Source: Octopus vulgaris (Eukaryota). Taken from it: a DNA stretch of 64,000 nt. Made by a program: the position numbers and the translations under genes. The notes beneath the pieces are model-generated. The model was not told where the DNA came from. It ran no database searches and was given only the letters and a program-made list of their open reading frames with translations. Each line of letters starts with the position of its first letter. Within the stretch, counting starts at the first letter, position 1. Positions 50,665 to 64,000 of the stretch are shown here, in pieces. The stretch is taken from positions 127,472,001 through 127,536,000 of the forward strand of contig OX597818.1 in NCBI GenBank assembly GCA_951406725.2, read 5' to 3'.

Positions 50665-51410
50665 ATATGAGATGGCAGGTAACACTATTTAAGTGCTATG
50701 GAAGGACCGTAGTTAAACTCTCGGTTCGATAATGATACGAGTGAGGAGTCTAATGCGGGTCTTGTATTAGCATGTATATGTTAAATAAAATGAGACAACA
50801 AAGCCAAGATTGTGTGGAATTTTCAGGACATTTATAAAGAGAAAGTTAGTCTTACAGCTGTTTCTGGGATATTAGGGAGAATTCCACTCAGCCTTGGCTT
50901 TGTTGTCTCATTTTATCAACCGAAATTGCGAGGATGATCCGGTTCTTGACAGAAGATTAAAGGCTTCGAATGATCCGTCCGTTTATTTTTTTGTATCGTC
51001 AACTGGATGTTTTACGTCCTTGTCCCATTTTGTATATATATATATATATTAATAAATAAAAACATATGCATATATATATATACATATATGTACGTACCTA
51101 CCTCTACATGTATATATACACGCATATATGAGTACAGGACACCAAAAAAACGTCGAACACAATGAGAAACATAAACATAGACATTTTTTTAAGCAACAAC
51201 AAAAATAGAGTACAGGACAATTAACACAAAGAAAAAACCCCTTCTTCAGTCGCTATGGTTTCATCTACTCTACGTTTCGAAGGTGAAGGCGAGACGTATC
51301 TTCGAATAAGAAACTTTCCTTCCTGCGAAAAGCAAATCAATTAAAATTTGAGATCTTTTTGCAGAGGGGTAAAAATGGTAACAAAACCAAGACAGTAACG
51401 ACAGTACGAA
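50665..51410. mobile_element. Penelope-like fragments: foldback at 50785-50916 and a terminal-repeat copy at 51050-51410
   Basis: Perfect 24-bp inverted repeat ataaaatgagacaacaaagccaag / cttggctttgttgtctcattttat. 51050-51410 is homologous to 48610-48990 and to 1-110. Confidence 0.6.
51238..51314 (-). ncRNA. Hammerhead-core RNA motif with swapped strand order (copy 2)
   Basis: UACG-UC-UCGC...CCUUC-GAAA-CGUA...GCGA-CUGAAGA-AGGGG, with compensatory changes relative to copy 1. Confidence 0.55.
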
Positions 51411-51674
51411 ATATATATATATATACACGTATATTATTGACTGGAAGTTAATTATATGGTCACTTTATGACCGGTCATGTAATTAACTTTCTGTAAATTA
51501 TATTACTGCTCCAACGTTCAGAGTGTGCTTCTTTTTCGGATATATGATCCACTAAAGGTTCTGTATATATCGCCATGATTGACCGCTAACTCCAAAAGTT
51601 TTTTTTTTATTCTCTGTTTATTTCAGTTTGATTCAGATTCCCACACGCACACAAATACGCACATATATATACAT

Positions 51675-51773
51675 ATGTATGTAAGTATGTATGTATGTAT
51701 GTATGTATGTATGTATGTATGTATGTATGTATGTATGCATGTGTGTATGCATGTATGTATGTATGTATGTGTG

Positions 51774-51807
<34 letters not shown>

Positions 51808-52170
51808 TGTATGTATGTATGTATGCATGCATGTATGTATGTATGCATGTATGTATGCGTGTATGTATGTGTGTATGTATGTATGTATGTATGTATGCAT
51901 GTATGTATGTATGCATGTATGTATGCGTGTATGTATGTGTGTATGTATGTATGCATGTATGTATGCGTGTATGTATGTGTGTATGTATGTATGTATGTAT
52001 GTATGTATGTATGTGTGTGTGTATGTATGTATGTATGCATGCATGTATGTATGTATGTATGTGTGTGTGTGTATGTATGTACGTACGTATGGATGTCTGT
52101 ATGTATGTGTGTTTGTGTATGTATGTATGTATGTATGTATGTATGTATGTATGTATGTATGTATGTATGA
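51675..52170. repeat. (TATG)n microsatellite with variant units
   Basis: Direct reading. Confidence 0.95.
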
Positions 52171-52845
52171 ATTTATGTATCAAGGAACCCATACAGAAGA
52201 GATTGATATTATGAGTAGTGTAAGTTTGATCGTGTTTACACCTGAGTCACATAAGGTAAGGTGAACAGGTGACACAACCAATGATAATAACAATACAGAC
52301 ATTTCTGCATTTGTCAATCATGTATGGTGAGTTTGCTTCATGAAAAATCTATTGTGGATATAAAGAATGTGAGATCATTCAATTCCACCAATAGAGAAAC
52401 GCACATACATATATACACACACATAGACATACGCGCACACACATATATGTACGTACATACATACACACACGTAGATACTGGCGTGGTTATGTGGTTAGAA
52501 GCTCGCTTTCCAACCACATGCTTCCGGGTTCAGTCCCACTTCGTGGCACCTTGGGCAAGTGTCTTCTACTATAGCCCCAGGCTGACCAATGTTTTGTGAG
52601 CGGAATTGGTAGACGAAAGCTGAAAGATGTCAGTCGTCTGTACGTATATATGTTTGTGTGTGTTTGTTTTGTATACACACACACACACACACACACACTA
52701 TATATATATATATATATATAGTGTGTGTGTGTGTGTGTATGTATATATATATACATACGTATATATGTATGTATATATATATACGTACGTATATATGTAT
52801 GTATATATATATATACATACGTATATATGTATGTATATATATATA

Positions 52846-52909
<64 letters not shown>

Positions 52910-52913
<4 letters not shown>

Positions 52914-53026
52914 GGGCATTACTATACATAAATGCCTCACGCTACGAGGTACTCAAAGTCAAAACTAGTTGTGACTTTTAAGAGTCCCTCATAGCGTGAG
53001 GTATTTATGTATAGTAATGCCCTTAA
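52910..53026. mobile_element. Palindromic MITE, TTAA-GGG...CCC-TTAA (Kolobok-type ends)
   Basis: Almost fully self-complementary 117 bp: ~45-bp arms with 3 mismatches around a palindromic centre aactagtt. Confidence 0.65.
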
Positions 53027-53145
53027 TATAAATCAATATATTTAAAGGGAAATAAAAAATGTTTCCCTTATGATGTTTTTCGCGCTGACTACTTGATAAA
53101 TTCTAATAAAGATTTTATCCTATTTATAAATTGTATATGTGTGTT

Positions 53146-53189
<44 letters not shown>

Positions 53190-53467
53190 CGCGCGTGTAT
53201 ATATATATATATATATATATAAATGAAAGAATGGAGTTGAACGACGAATTAACAAAATTCCTTTATTTTCGACATATGTTTCGAAGGCTGCATATTCCTA
53301 ATTTCGATGGAATAAGGGGTGCATTAATACACACAAATTTCCATACGATAGCACGTGATCTCTGCCCTAGGCATGTAGTTTCAACCGTGTTTTTCTGACG
53401 TGAATTTGCTACCCAGGTATCGGTCAACCGAATTATCCATAATAAGATAATTCATTCAACTACTCAA

Positions 53468-53530
<63 letters not shown>

Positions 53531-54102
53531 GTAATATGTAAAGGTAAGATCCAAGGATCAAGGTGTAGGAAGTTAGTAAGCTTCGAGCAGTCCGCAGAAG
53601 GTATAAAAAACAACTTTCAGAAACAATAATGGTTTATTGACGTAGAAGGTTGAAAATTTTTCCCATATCAAAGCTTAATAAGCTGAATAAAATTATTTTA
53701 TAGTTTATGGTGAGCAGCTGGGGTTGCAGTGTATGCGAATAGAAATCTATTCTCTAATTTGGGATATATATATATGTGTGTCTATATGTGATTTTGTGTC
53801 TGTGCTTGGCTTGTCCCATACCACCGCTTGACAACCGGTGTTGGTGTGTTTACGTCCCCGTAACTTAACGGTTTGGCACAGAGACCGATTGAATATGTAC
53901 CAGACCTTAAAGAAAAAGAAAAGAACATAAGTACTGGGATCATTCGACAAAAAATACTTGAAGGCGGTGCCCCAGCATGGCCACAGTCTAATTACTGAAG
54001 CAAGTAAAAGATAATGGATATATGCACACACATACACAATACTAATATACACATACATATAAACACATACATACATCTATATACATATATATATATATAT
54101 AC

Positions 54103-54220
<118 letters not shown>

Positions 54221-54413
54221 GAATAAGCACATACATATATACACAAACATGCATACCCATACATATATACACATTGCACACACACACACACATACACAAA
54301 CACACACATATATTTACGCATCTGTATATGTGTCTGTATTCATATATGTATGAATTTAACTACATGTAAATACATGTATACATATGTGCGTGTGTGTGTG
54401 TGTGTGTTTGTGC

Positions 54414-54465
<52 letters not shown>

Positions 54466-54543
54466 TAACAAAGAGATATGGCCCACTTTCCTATGAGAAC
54501 GAGAAACATTGTGCTGTTGAGTCACTGAATGCTTTTCTTCTGA

Positions 54544-54942
<399 letters not shown>

Positions 54943-55161
54943 ATTTATTTGTAATGATAACCACCGTGGTGGTATTTGTGGAGGTTATTGTTCGCATTTA
55001 TCCGACGTAGGAGGGAAAACACCTATAACCTTTGTCCTATCATCACCACCACTACCATTATCACACAACCCAATACCACTGCCAGCGACGGCTGGTGAGG
55101 TCAATGCTATTAATATTCACCTTGAAAGTTTGTAGGTTTAGGTCTGATAGTACTGTCTCTT

Positions 55162-55881
55162 GGTCGGTCGGTTACGGCGACGAGGGTTCCAGTTGATCTG
55201 ATTAACAGAACAGTCTGCTCGTGAAATCAACGTGCAAGAGGCTGAGCACTCACTCCACAAACACACGTATTCCTAACATAGTTCTCAGGATGATTCAGCG
55301 TGACACAGAATTTGACAAGGCTGACCTTTTGAACTGCAAGTACATCTCATTTTTGCCAGCTGAGTGAACTGGAGTAACGTGAAATAAAGTATCTTACTCA
55401 AGGATACAGCACCGCCGGGAATCGAACTCACGACCTTACGATCATGATCCGATTACTCCAAACACTAAGCCATACAAAGAAACCACGACTCACATAGGTA
55501 GGAGCACTCCGTTGGTTTCGACGATGAGGGTCCCAGCTGATACGATCAACAGAACAGCTTGCTCGTGATATTAACGTGCAAGTGGCTGAGCACTCCACAG
55601 ACACGTGTACCCTTAACGTAGTTCTCGAGGAGATTCAGCATGACACAGAGTGTGACAAGGCTGGCCCTTTGAAATACAGGTACAACAGAAACAGGAAGAA
55701 AGAGCGAGAGAAAGTTGTGGTGAAAGAGTACAGCAGGGTTCACCCCACCCCCTGCCGGAGCCTCGTGGAGCTTTAGGTGTTTTCGCTCAATAAACACTCA
55801 CAATGCCCGGTCTGGGAATCGAAACCGCGATCCTCCGACCACGAGTCCGCTGCCCTAACCACTGGGCCATTGCGCCTCCAC
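55162..55881 (-). mobile_element. Two family C-tail SINEs with different heads (55162-55475 CORE-like head; 55501-55881 family C head)
   Basis: Same 3' half and different 5' halves. Confidence 0.85.
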
Positions 55882-56473
55882 TCACATAGGATTAGGAGTA
55901 TAAAATCGCTCGAAATGGACGGATGTATAGACAAACAGACGCGTGGATTTTGTAATTACTGCAATTTACTCGAAGTGCTAAATATTGCTTTCAAGGTATT
56001 TCCAAAGTGTTGCTGTTATATTTCAGGAGAGCCATAGTTGACACAGTCTATATACACAATCACTGATTGTTGATTGGGCATTGGCAAAACAAATTCAAAG
56101 TTAAAAGGTCGATAGGGTTACATTTTGTGAGAAGGAATAGGTGGGTAAGATGTTTACGCAGGTACATAGAGGAGAACGCAGAATATGGTTGTGTCAATCT
56201 GAGTCAGAAAAATACGGAAGGCCAAGTGAATGACAGACATATAAATATTCAGTCTCAGACGTAACAAATGTATTGAGTAGAGAGGGGTAATAAAAAATGA
56301 ATAGCAAAAATTGGATATTAAGAATCATATACAAGAATTGAATAGTAAAGATCTTATACAAGACTATTAAACCCCAACAAAAACTGTAATACTAACCAAA
56401 TATTCAAAATGTGGTGAAAAACTTAGAACTAGCTTTTAGCCAGATTTTTTTTCTTTTTCTTTTTTGCGTTTTT

Positions 56474-57040
56474 AAGGCGGCGAGCTGGCAGAAACGTTAG
56501 CACGCCGGCCGAAATGCTTAGCGGTATTTCGTCTGCCGTTACGTTCTGAGTTCAAATTCCGCCGAGGTCGACTTTGCCTTTCATCCTTTCGGGGTCAATA
56601 AAATAAGTACCAGTTACGCATTGGAGTCGATATAATGGACTTAATCTGTTTTTCTGTCCTTGTTTGTCCTCTCTTTGTTTAGCCCCTTGTGTGTAGTAAA
56701 GAAATAGGTATTTCGTCTGCCGCTACGTTCTGAGTTCAAATTCGGCCGAGGTCGATGTTGCCTTTCATCCTTTTGGGGTCGATAAATTAAGTACCAGTTA
56801 CGCACTGAGATCGATATAATCGACTTAATCCATTTGTTTGTCCTTGTTTGTCCTCTCTGTGTTTAGTCCCTTGTGGGTAGTAAAGAAATAGGTATTGTCT
56901 TTACTTTCTGAGTTCAAGTTCCGCCGAGGTCGACTTTGCCTGTCATCCTTTCGGGGTCGATAAATTAAGTACCAGTTGCGTACTGGGGTAGAGCTAATCA
57001 ACTGGCTCCCTCCCCAAAAATTTCGGGCCTTGTGCCGAGA
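56474..57040 (+). mobile_element. Head-to-tail triple SINE family B (tail 1, tail 1, tail 2)
   Basis: Junctions gaaata|ggtatt at ~56706 and ~56890. Confidence 0.9.
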
Positions 57041-57189
57041 GCAAAAATAAGAAATTAATTCGTTTTTCTTTTCTTTTTTTATTCTTATCCATGCAAAGTA
57101 ACACAAACCCAAAGAAAAGCGAAAAAATGAAAAAATAAGTAGGCGGTGAACTAGCGAGAATCATCAGCAACCCGGACAAATTTTTCCAA

Positions 57190-58440
57190 GTTTAGAAGTT
57201 ACAGCTAAAGCAGTTATGTTATCTCCACCACTGTATAAGGCCTCCACCACCTTCGATACGTATATTTAACCTTTCTATGTCAGATTTTGGGTGGTTCATT
57301 CTAAATACTGTCATTATTTTTCTTGTTTTCCTGTCTGTTTTGATTAGTTCATTTAGAGTCCAGCTAAGAATAATGTAACTGTAACTTTTAACTAGACGGC
57401 TAGAATGTTGATACCTATTATCTTGTTTTTCGCATTGAGCTCTGTTTTCATTATTAATCTATCTCGTCTATAGTATTCTTTTTTTTTTTTTGTTTTCTCT
57501 TTCATTTGTGTATGTTGTATCGTATCTAGTTCATTGATTCTTAAGTATTTGTATGTCTGGCTTTGGTCTAATTCTTTTATTTCATTTGCTTTATCTAGTG
57601 TAATGCTGCTACTCTTATCTAGTTTTCCTCTTTTCAAGGTTGCTTTGTCACATTTTTCTAAGCTAAATTTCGTGTTTATTTCTTTGGTAAATCCATATAC
57701 TATCTATAGTAATGTTTCCATCTGTTTATTATTTGTAGCGTACAGTTTTAGATCATCCATATATAAGAGGTGCTGGTTGTTTTGCCGTAACAGTTGTATC
57801 CACATCTAGTTCTGTTTAGCATGTCAGATAAAGGTGTCAATGCCAAGCAGAAAAGGGGCGGAGAGAGCGTGTCTCCCTGGAATATTCCTTTTCTAATGGG
57901 GTCGGCTTTGGTTTTTATGAGTCCCCCTTTTGTCTGGAACTGCATCACTGTCTGCCATTTATTCATGGAATGTTTTATATATTTTATGATTATTGGTGCT
58001 ACCTTGTTCATGGCTAGTGTTTCTAAGACCCATGTGTAGGGAATACTATCAAAAGCCTTTCGGTAACCGACCCAGGTCATACTTAAACTCTTCTTCTTTC
58101 TGCAGCTGTCTTCAGTTATGGCTTTATTGATCAGTAGCTGATCTTTACAGTCATATGAGCCCTTGCAGCATCCCTTCTGCTCTTCTGGAGACAGGTCGTT
58201 TTCTTCTAGATGTTTGCTCATTTTCTGCGATATCATTGCTGTAAAGGCTTTGCAAATTGTAGAGAGACAAGTATTCGGTCTGTAATTTTGTGAGTTTGCC
58301 GTTTCAGTAGATTTGAGAATTAGGATAGTTTTTCTTTCCGTGTGCCATTCAGGCATTGCCTCTGGCTCTGCTAGTAGGTTAATTTCTGGCGTTAAATGGT
58401 TTTGCACGTGTAGTTTGTCGTACTTTTTGTGTAGCAAGTT
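57190..58440 (-). pseudogene. R4/Dong-like LINE reverse transcriptase fragment
   Basis: NYRPNTCL, GCCKGSYDCKDQLLINK, GYRKAFDSIP, GIFQGDTLSPPLFCLAL, a frameshift into YMDDLKLY, then YKYL...ELNAKNKIIGIN. Confidence 0.9.
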
Positions 58441-58764
58441 TAAAGTACGTACTTCCCGTTTGTTATCGTTAGGTTGAATTATACGGGTATTATTTAATTT
58501 AAATATTCATTTTTTTTGTGCATGGTGGTTGGGAACGGATTGGTTTGGTGTTGATTGGATCGTAATGTGGCGAGCGTGTTTATACGTGTTGTTTGAGTGA
58601 TGGAGATGAAACACAGTTGAAATATATCATTTCATTTGGAAAATAGAAATGAATTTTAATGAGTATTACTTACTCGGATATAGTCCAACACTTTGTCAGT
58701 GTGGCGAGCGTGTTTACACGTGTTGTGTGAGTGACGGAGATCATATACATTATTATTATTATCA

Positions 58765-58798
<34 letters not shown>

Positions 58799-58917
58799 GT
58801 AACTAAAACTTCGAGGTCGCAGTCGCCCTCAAATTCTGTCCCAGTGAAATATTTAGTCAGTTTTAATGTCGAGTTCTGCTTTCACACACACACGCACACA
58901 CACACACGCACACACAC

Positions 58918-58955
<38 letters not shown>

Positions 58956-59247
58956 GACACACGCATACACGTGCGCGCGCGCACACATATTCATCGAGAC
59001 TGATGTTCGTTAACCTCAAGCTGGTCACTGAAGGGCAAAATTATTCTAATTGACAATACCAGGGATTGCGAATATGAGTGTGCGTATACGATTGAATGCA
59101 TGCATGCTTGTATTCATGTCTATGTGAACATGTCATGCGTGCGTATTTACATACATACATGCGTATATGAATATTATATGTACACATACATGACAGAAGT
59201 AAATAGACACCATTATAATCGTTAAAATTTATTTAAATCTGGAATTA

Positions 59248-59474
59248 TACTCTCTTTTACTCTCTTTTATTTGTTTCAGTCATTTGACTGTGGCCATGCT
59301 GGAGCACCGCCTTTAGTCGAGCAAATCGACCCTGAGACTTATTCTTTGTAAGCCTAGTACTTATTCTATCGGTCTCTTTTGCCGAACCGCTAAGTGACGG
59401 GGACGTAAACACACCAGCATCGGTTGTCAAGCAATGCTAGAGGGACAAACACAGACACACAAACATATACACAC

Positions 59475-59527
<53 letters not shown>

Positions 59528-59693
59528 TACGACAGGCTTCTTTCAGTTTCCGTCAAACAAATCCACTCACAAGGCTTTGGTCGGCCCGAGGCTATAGCAG
59601 AAGACACTTGCCCAAGATGCCACGCAGTGGACTGAACCCGGAACCATGTGGTTGGTTAGCAAGCTACTTACCACACAGCCACTCCTGCGCCTA
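59248..59693 (-). mobile_element. SINE family A, full length
   Basis: Near-consensus A unit truncating the Tc1 fragment. Confidence 0.9.
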
Positions 59694-60340
59694 TAGAGTC
59701 TTCTTTAATCATTTCACCACTGAAGAAGATTGGAAGGAGTCCTTTCTGCAATATGGACACATATTTATCTGAGTATATGTTTCCCTCACACTCCACTAGC
59801 TCTGATCGACTATTGATCCAAATCGATCCCCAGACCATCACAGAATAGCTGCCGTGTTTCATTTCACAGAGTCTCCAGACCTGCGCTCAACCACTGTCAG
59901 AAAATACAGCAAATCTGGACTCATCAGAAAATATGAGAGTGTCCCAAAATGTTAGTGGCCCTTCTATCTCACCGACCCAATCTTTTCCCCTTTTGATACT
60001 GGCTGGTCGAAGAAGTGGCTTCTTTCTTGCATAGTAACCATGTCTGTGGAGATACCTGACATCAACTTGTTCTGCTATGTCAGAGGCCTTGCAACAAGGA
60101 TTATCCTCCACACTTCTCTTAACAAAGCGAAGGGTCCTGTCAGAGGGCTCTGGACAACCTGGATAAGGTGATGTGAACTCCTTCCCTTCTCTGATGAATT
60201 GCACAATCACTCTATTAACAGTGGAAAGCAGGATCACAAGGTTTTCTGCAGTTTTACACAGATTAAATCTATCTTCAGATTGCCCCACATTACGGCCTCT
60301 TTGAAATTCAGACAGTTCCAAGGTTTCTTTTGTATATGGT
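59694..60340 (-). pseudogene. Tc1-like transposase fragment
   Basis: ELSEFQRG HTH start, ARKKPLL, IFSDESRF and KHGSYSVMVWG. Broken by a stop/frameshift and a SINE. Confidence 0.9.
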
Positions 60341-60480
60341 ATGATTAAACAGTCACATATAGAACCTGAAACATAAAAATGTCACTTAATAAAAAATATT
60401 AAAATTTTCAAGTTAAAATAAGCACAGAACAATGTTTTATATCTATTTACTGCTGTCATATCTGTATATATACAAACGTG

Positions 60481-60802
60481 AAGGCGCGTGGCTTAGTGGT
60501 TAGGGCATTCGGCTCACGATTGTAAGGTCATGAGTTCGATTCCAAGCGACGCGTTGTGTCCTTGAGCAAGACACTTTATTTCATGTTGCTCCAGTCGACT
60601 CAGCTGGCAAAAATGAGTTGTACCTGTAATTCAAAGGGCCGGCATTGTCACACTGTGTGTCACGCTGAATCTTCCTGAGAACTACGTTAAGGGTACACGT
60701 GTCTGTGGAGTGCTCAGCCACTTGCACGTTAATTTCACGAGCAGGCTGTTCTGTTGATCGTATCAGCTGGGACCCTCGTCGTCGTAACCGACGGAGTGCT
60801 CC
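60481..60802 (+). mobile_element. tRNA-derived SINE with CORE-like block and family C tail
   Basis: ggcgcgtggcttagtggttagg...gagttcgattcc head, tgtgtccttgagcaagacacttt, and a tail of the same type as family C. Confidence 0.85.
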
Positions 60803-60863
60803 TTTTATATACAAACACACACGCACGCACACACACATACACACGCATACACACTTATGTACC

Positions 60864-61081
60864 ACCAGGTGGGGCTGAAAAGTTCCTAGGTTAAGGGTGT
60901 CACGAAAGGCCTAGTTGGAGGCCCAACCTTTCGAGTTCTTTTAAAGGGATCAGAAAAACTGAAGGACTGCTGCAATATGTGTGTGAATCTGGGAAGGGAA
61001 TATGTTGTATAAAATCATAACTAACTGATCTGCCTGTATTTTCTTTTACCCAAAGCTAGTAACTTTTCAGCACCACCTCGT
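60864..61081 (+). mobile_element. Internally deleted mariner element (MITE)
   Basis: TIRs aggtggggctgaaaagttcctag / ctagtaacttttcagcaccacct. The inside retains the transposase C-terminus EKLKDCCNMCVNLGREYV*. Confidence 0.75.
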
Positions 61082-61100
61082 GTGTACACACACACACATA

Positions 61101-62013
<913 letters not shown>

Positions 62014-62403
62014 TTTATATATATATATATATATAAACCCGTCTGCGCGCGCGTTTGTGCATGTAATTATGTAAACGGTTCGATGAATACGGTGTACTTT
62101 TTATAATCTGAGCCGTTTATGGCAAAATCCAAACAAATATATATGAAAAGAATCAGTTGTGGTACAATATAATATAATATAATATAATAGCGGTATAATT
62201 CTTTATTCTTTTTATGTGTGCGTGTACGTATGAATCCATATATTTATTGTATGTATATGTGTAAGCACGTCGGGTGGGAAAGGAAGTAGGTAGATATGTA
62301 GAGTTGCATGTATGTGTAGATAAATAGGCCTTTATGAAAATATATATTTGTGAAGATATGTATATATGTATATACACAAACGCCTGTAGATACATACACA
62401 ATT

Positions 62404-62451
<48 letters not shown>

Positions 62452-62454
62452 CAT

Positions 62455-62521
<67 letters not shown>

Positions 62522-62710
62522 CATTGTAATATTTTGTGACAACCAGTACTTAACACAACAAAGGTTTTACAAAGTTTTACATTTTACTTTTGACAATCTT
62601 TTTCTAAAAAAGTGAAACCGGTCAAGTGAATAAACATCTTTAAAATTACATTTTCAAACCTTCTTTCATATATATTTCCTCTCGTGCGGTACCTTAAAAC
62701 CTCATTTTGT

Positions 62711-62747
<37 letters not shown>

Positions 62748-62823
62748 CTATTGACAAACATGCGCGCGCACATTTATTTTTAAATATTCAATAACCGTTA
62801 CAAAACTGGTTTCAAGAGCTAGA

Positions 62824-62867
<44 letters not shown>

Positions 62868-62885
62868 TTAGAAAAGAAAATGTGA

Positions 62886-62938
<53 letters not shown>

Positions 62939-63412
62939 TATATACATATATATATGTATGTATGTATGTATATAAAACATATATAAACACACTTCACATA
63001 GATATGCATGCATACATAATTATGTAGAGGATTTTTTTTGAGCCCCTGATTTCAAATTGATGACCCTTCTATTCCAGGCACTGTTAAATATTAAAAAAGC
63101 CATAAAATCCCAAACATTAAGAAACATTTTCTTCCATATTTATTTGCATTTCGTTCCGTATTTATTTGCATTCTCGTCGACTGTTGCCAGTTTTATGCCG
63201 TAAACTGTCCGATAACATAAGGTTTTCTCCCGGAGTTCTTCGTTTAATCCCCCCGCCCCCGTTTGGCAAACTCTCATTAATGTATGCCTTTACATTACCC
63301 TCGTAGCATGGTGGCGGTGATGGGATCATCTAGCTCTTGGAAGCTTAGCATGACAGATTATCGCAGTAAGCTCAAGTAAATGAGACCACTGTCCAAAAAG
63401 AATGTTCTAATT

Positions 63413-63688
63413 CAGTGGTTCTCAACCGGAGTCCATATGGCTCTTAGGGGGGTCCATATGGCCCTTAGGGAGTCCATATGGCCCTTCGGGGTCCATGTTA
63501 AAATTTATGTGAAATAAATTGGTAATACTTCTTCAGGGAAAAAAATTTTTTTAATATAATTTCTAATAATAATTAATCATAAAAATATAACAGGATTTTT
63601 TTAACATCGAATGGTTAAGGTGGGAAGGCATTAGAGTAAAATAGGAATCAAAGGGACCCGTAGGTAAAACAATGGTTGAGAAAGACTG
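63413..63688. mobile_element. hAT (Charlie/MER5-type) MITE
   Basis: TIR cagtggttctcaacc / ggttgagaaagactg, 8-bp TSD ttctaatt / gtctaatt (7/8), and an internal ~20-bp tandem gtccatatggcccttaggg x3. Confidence 0.85.
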
Positions 63689-64000
63689 GTCTAATTGATC
63701 CTACTGTAACTCCTGGTAAATTAACATGATGTCCCTTTGTATTATGTGGTTTTCAGTTCCTCAATAGAGGTAATTGTGGTGGTTAATTAAGCTATATAAT
63801 TTAAATGTAGTCTCATCACTCCAAACAGTCTTTGTTGGAATGTATGCATGTCTTGCTAAGTACCACTCGCAAAACTTCAGTCCTCAATCCGGATCATCAT
63901 ACGACCTAATCACATACGTAGATCATCTCGTAAATGAGAACATGGACTATTTTGGGGATGTATTTTCCCAATGACAGCGCTTCAAAATGCGATGCTTGAT

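Noticed and set aside
51579-52264. Long ORFs of (MYVC)n/(HTYI)n, and similar YI, poly-Y/K/R/F/V ORFs elsewhere
   Set aside because: These are translations of (TATG)n, (TA)n, (ATT)n, (CTT)n and (TAG)n microsatellites.

Overview
AT-rich, repeat-dense eukaryotic DNA. The tRNA-derived SINE families and abundant (TA)n/(TG)n/(TATG)n/(ATT)n microsatellites point to a cephalopod, probably Octopus (inference). There is no recognisable intact host protein-coding gene: nearly all ORFs in the track are microsatellite or SINE artefacts. The real coding remnants are decayed transposons: R4/Dong-like and HERO-like RLE LINEs, CR1, RTE, L1/Tx1 endonuclease, Tc1, DD37D/maT and mariner. There are also several MITE families (piggyBac-, hAT-, mariner- and Kolobok-type ends) and Penelope-like foldback ends. 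The most interesting signal is a hammerhead-ribozyme core whose three strands occur in a swapped (non-circularly permuted) order. It appears in two unrelated retroelements: the HERO-like 3' UTR at 35.3 kb, and two diverged, co-varying copies in a Penelope-like repeat at 48.8 and 51.3 kb. Other signals: a CpG-depletion boundary near 27-29 kb with a chain of minus-strand candidate exons to its left, a templated insertion copied from 12.7 kb away, a 77-bp target duplication, and modular, self-targeting SINEs. All calls were made by eye and the repeat coordinates are approximate.
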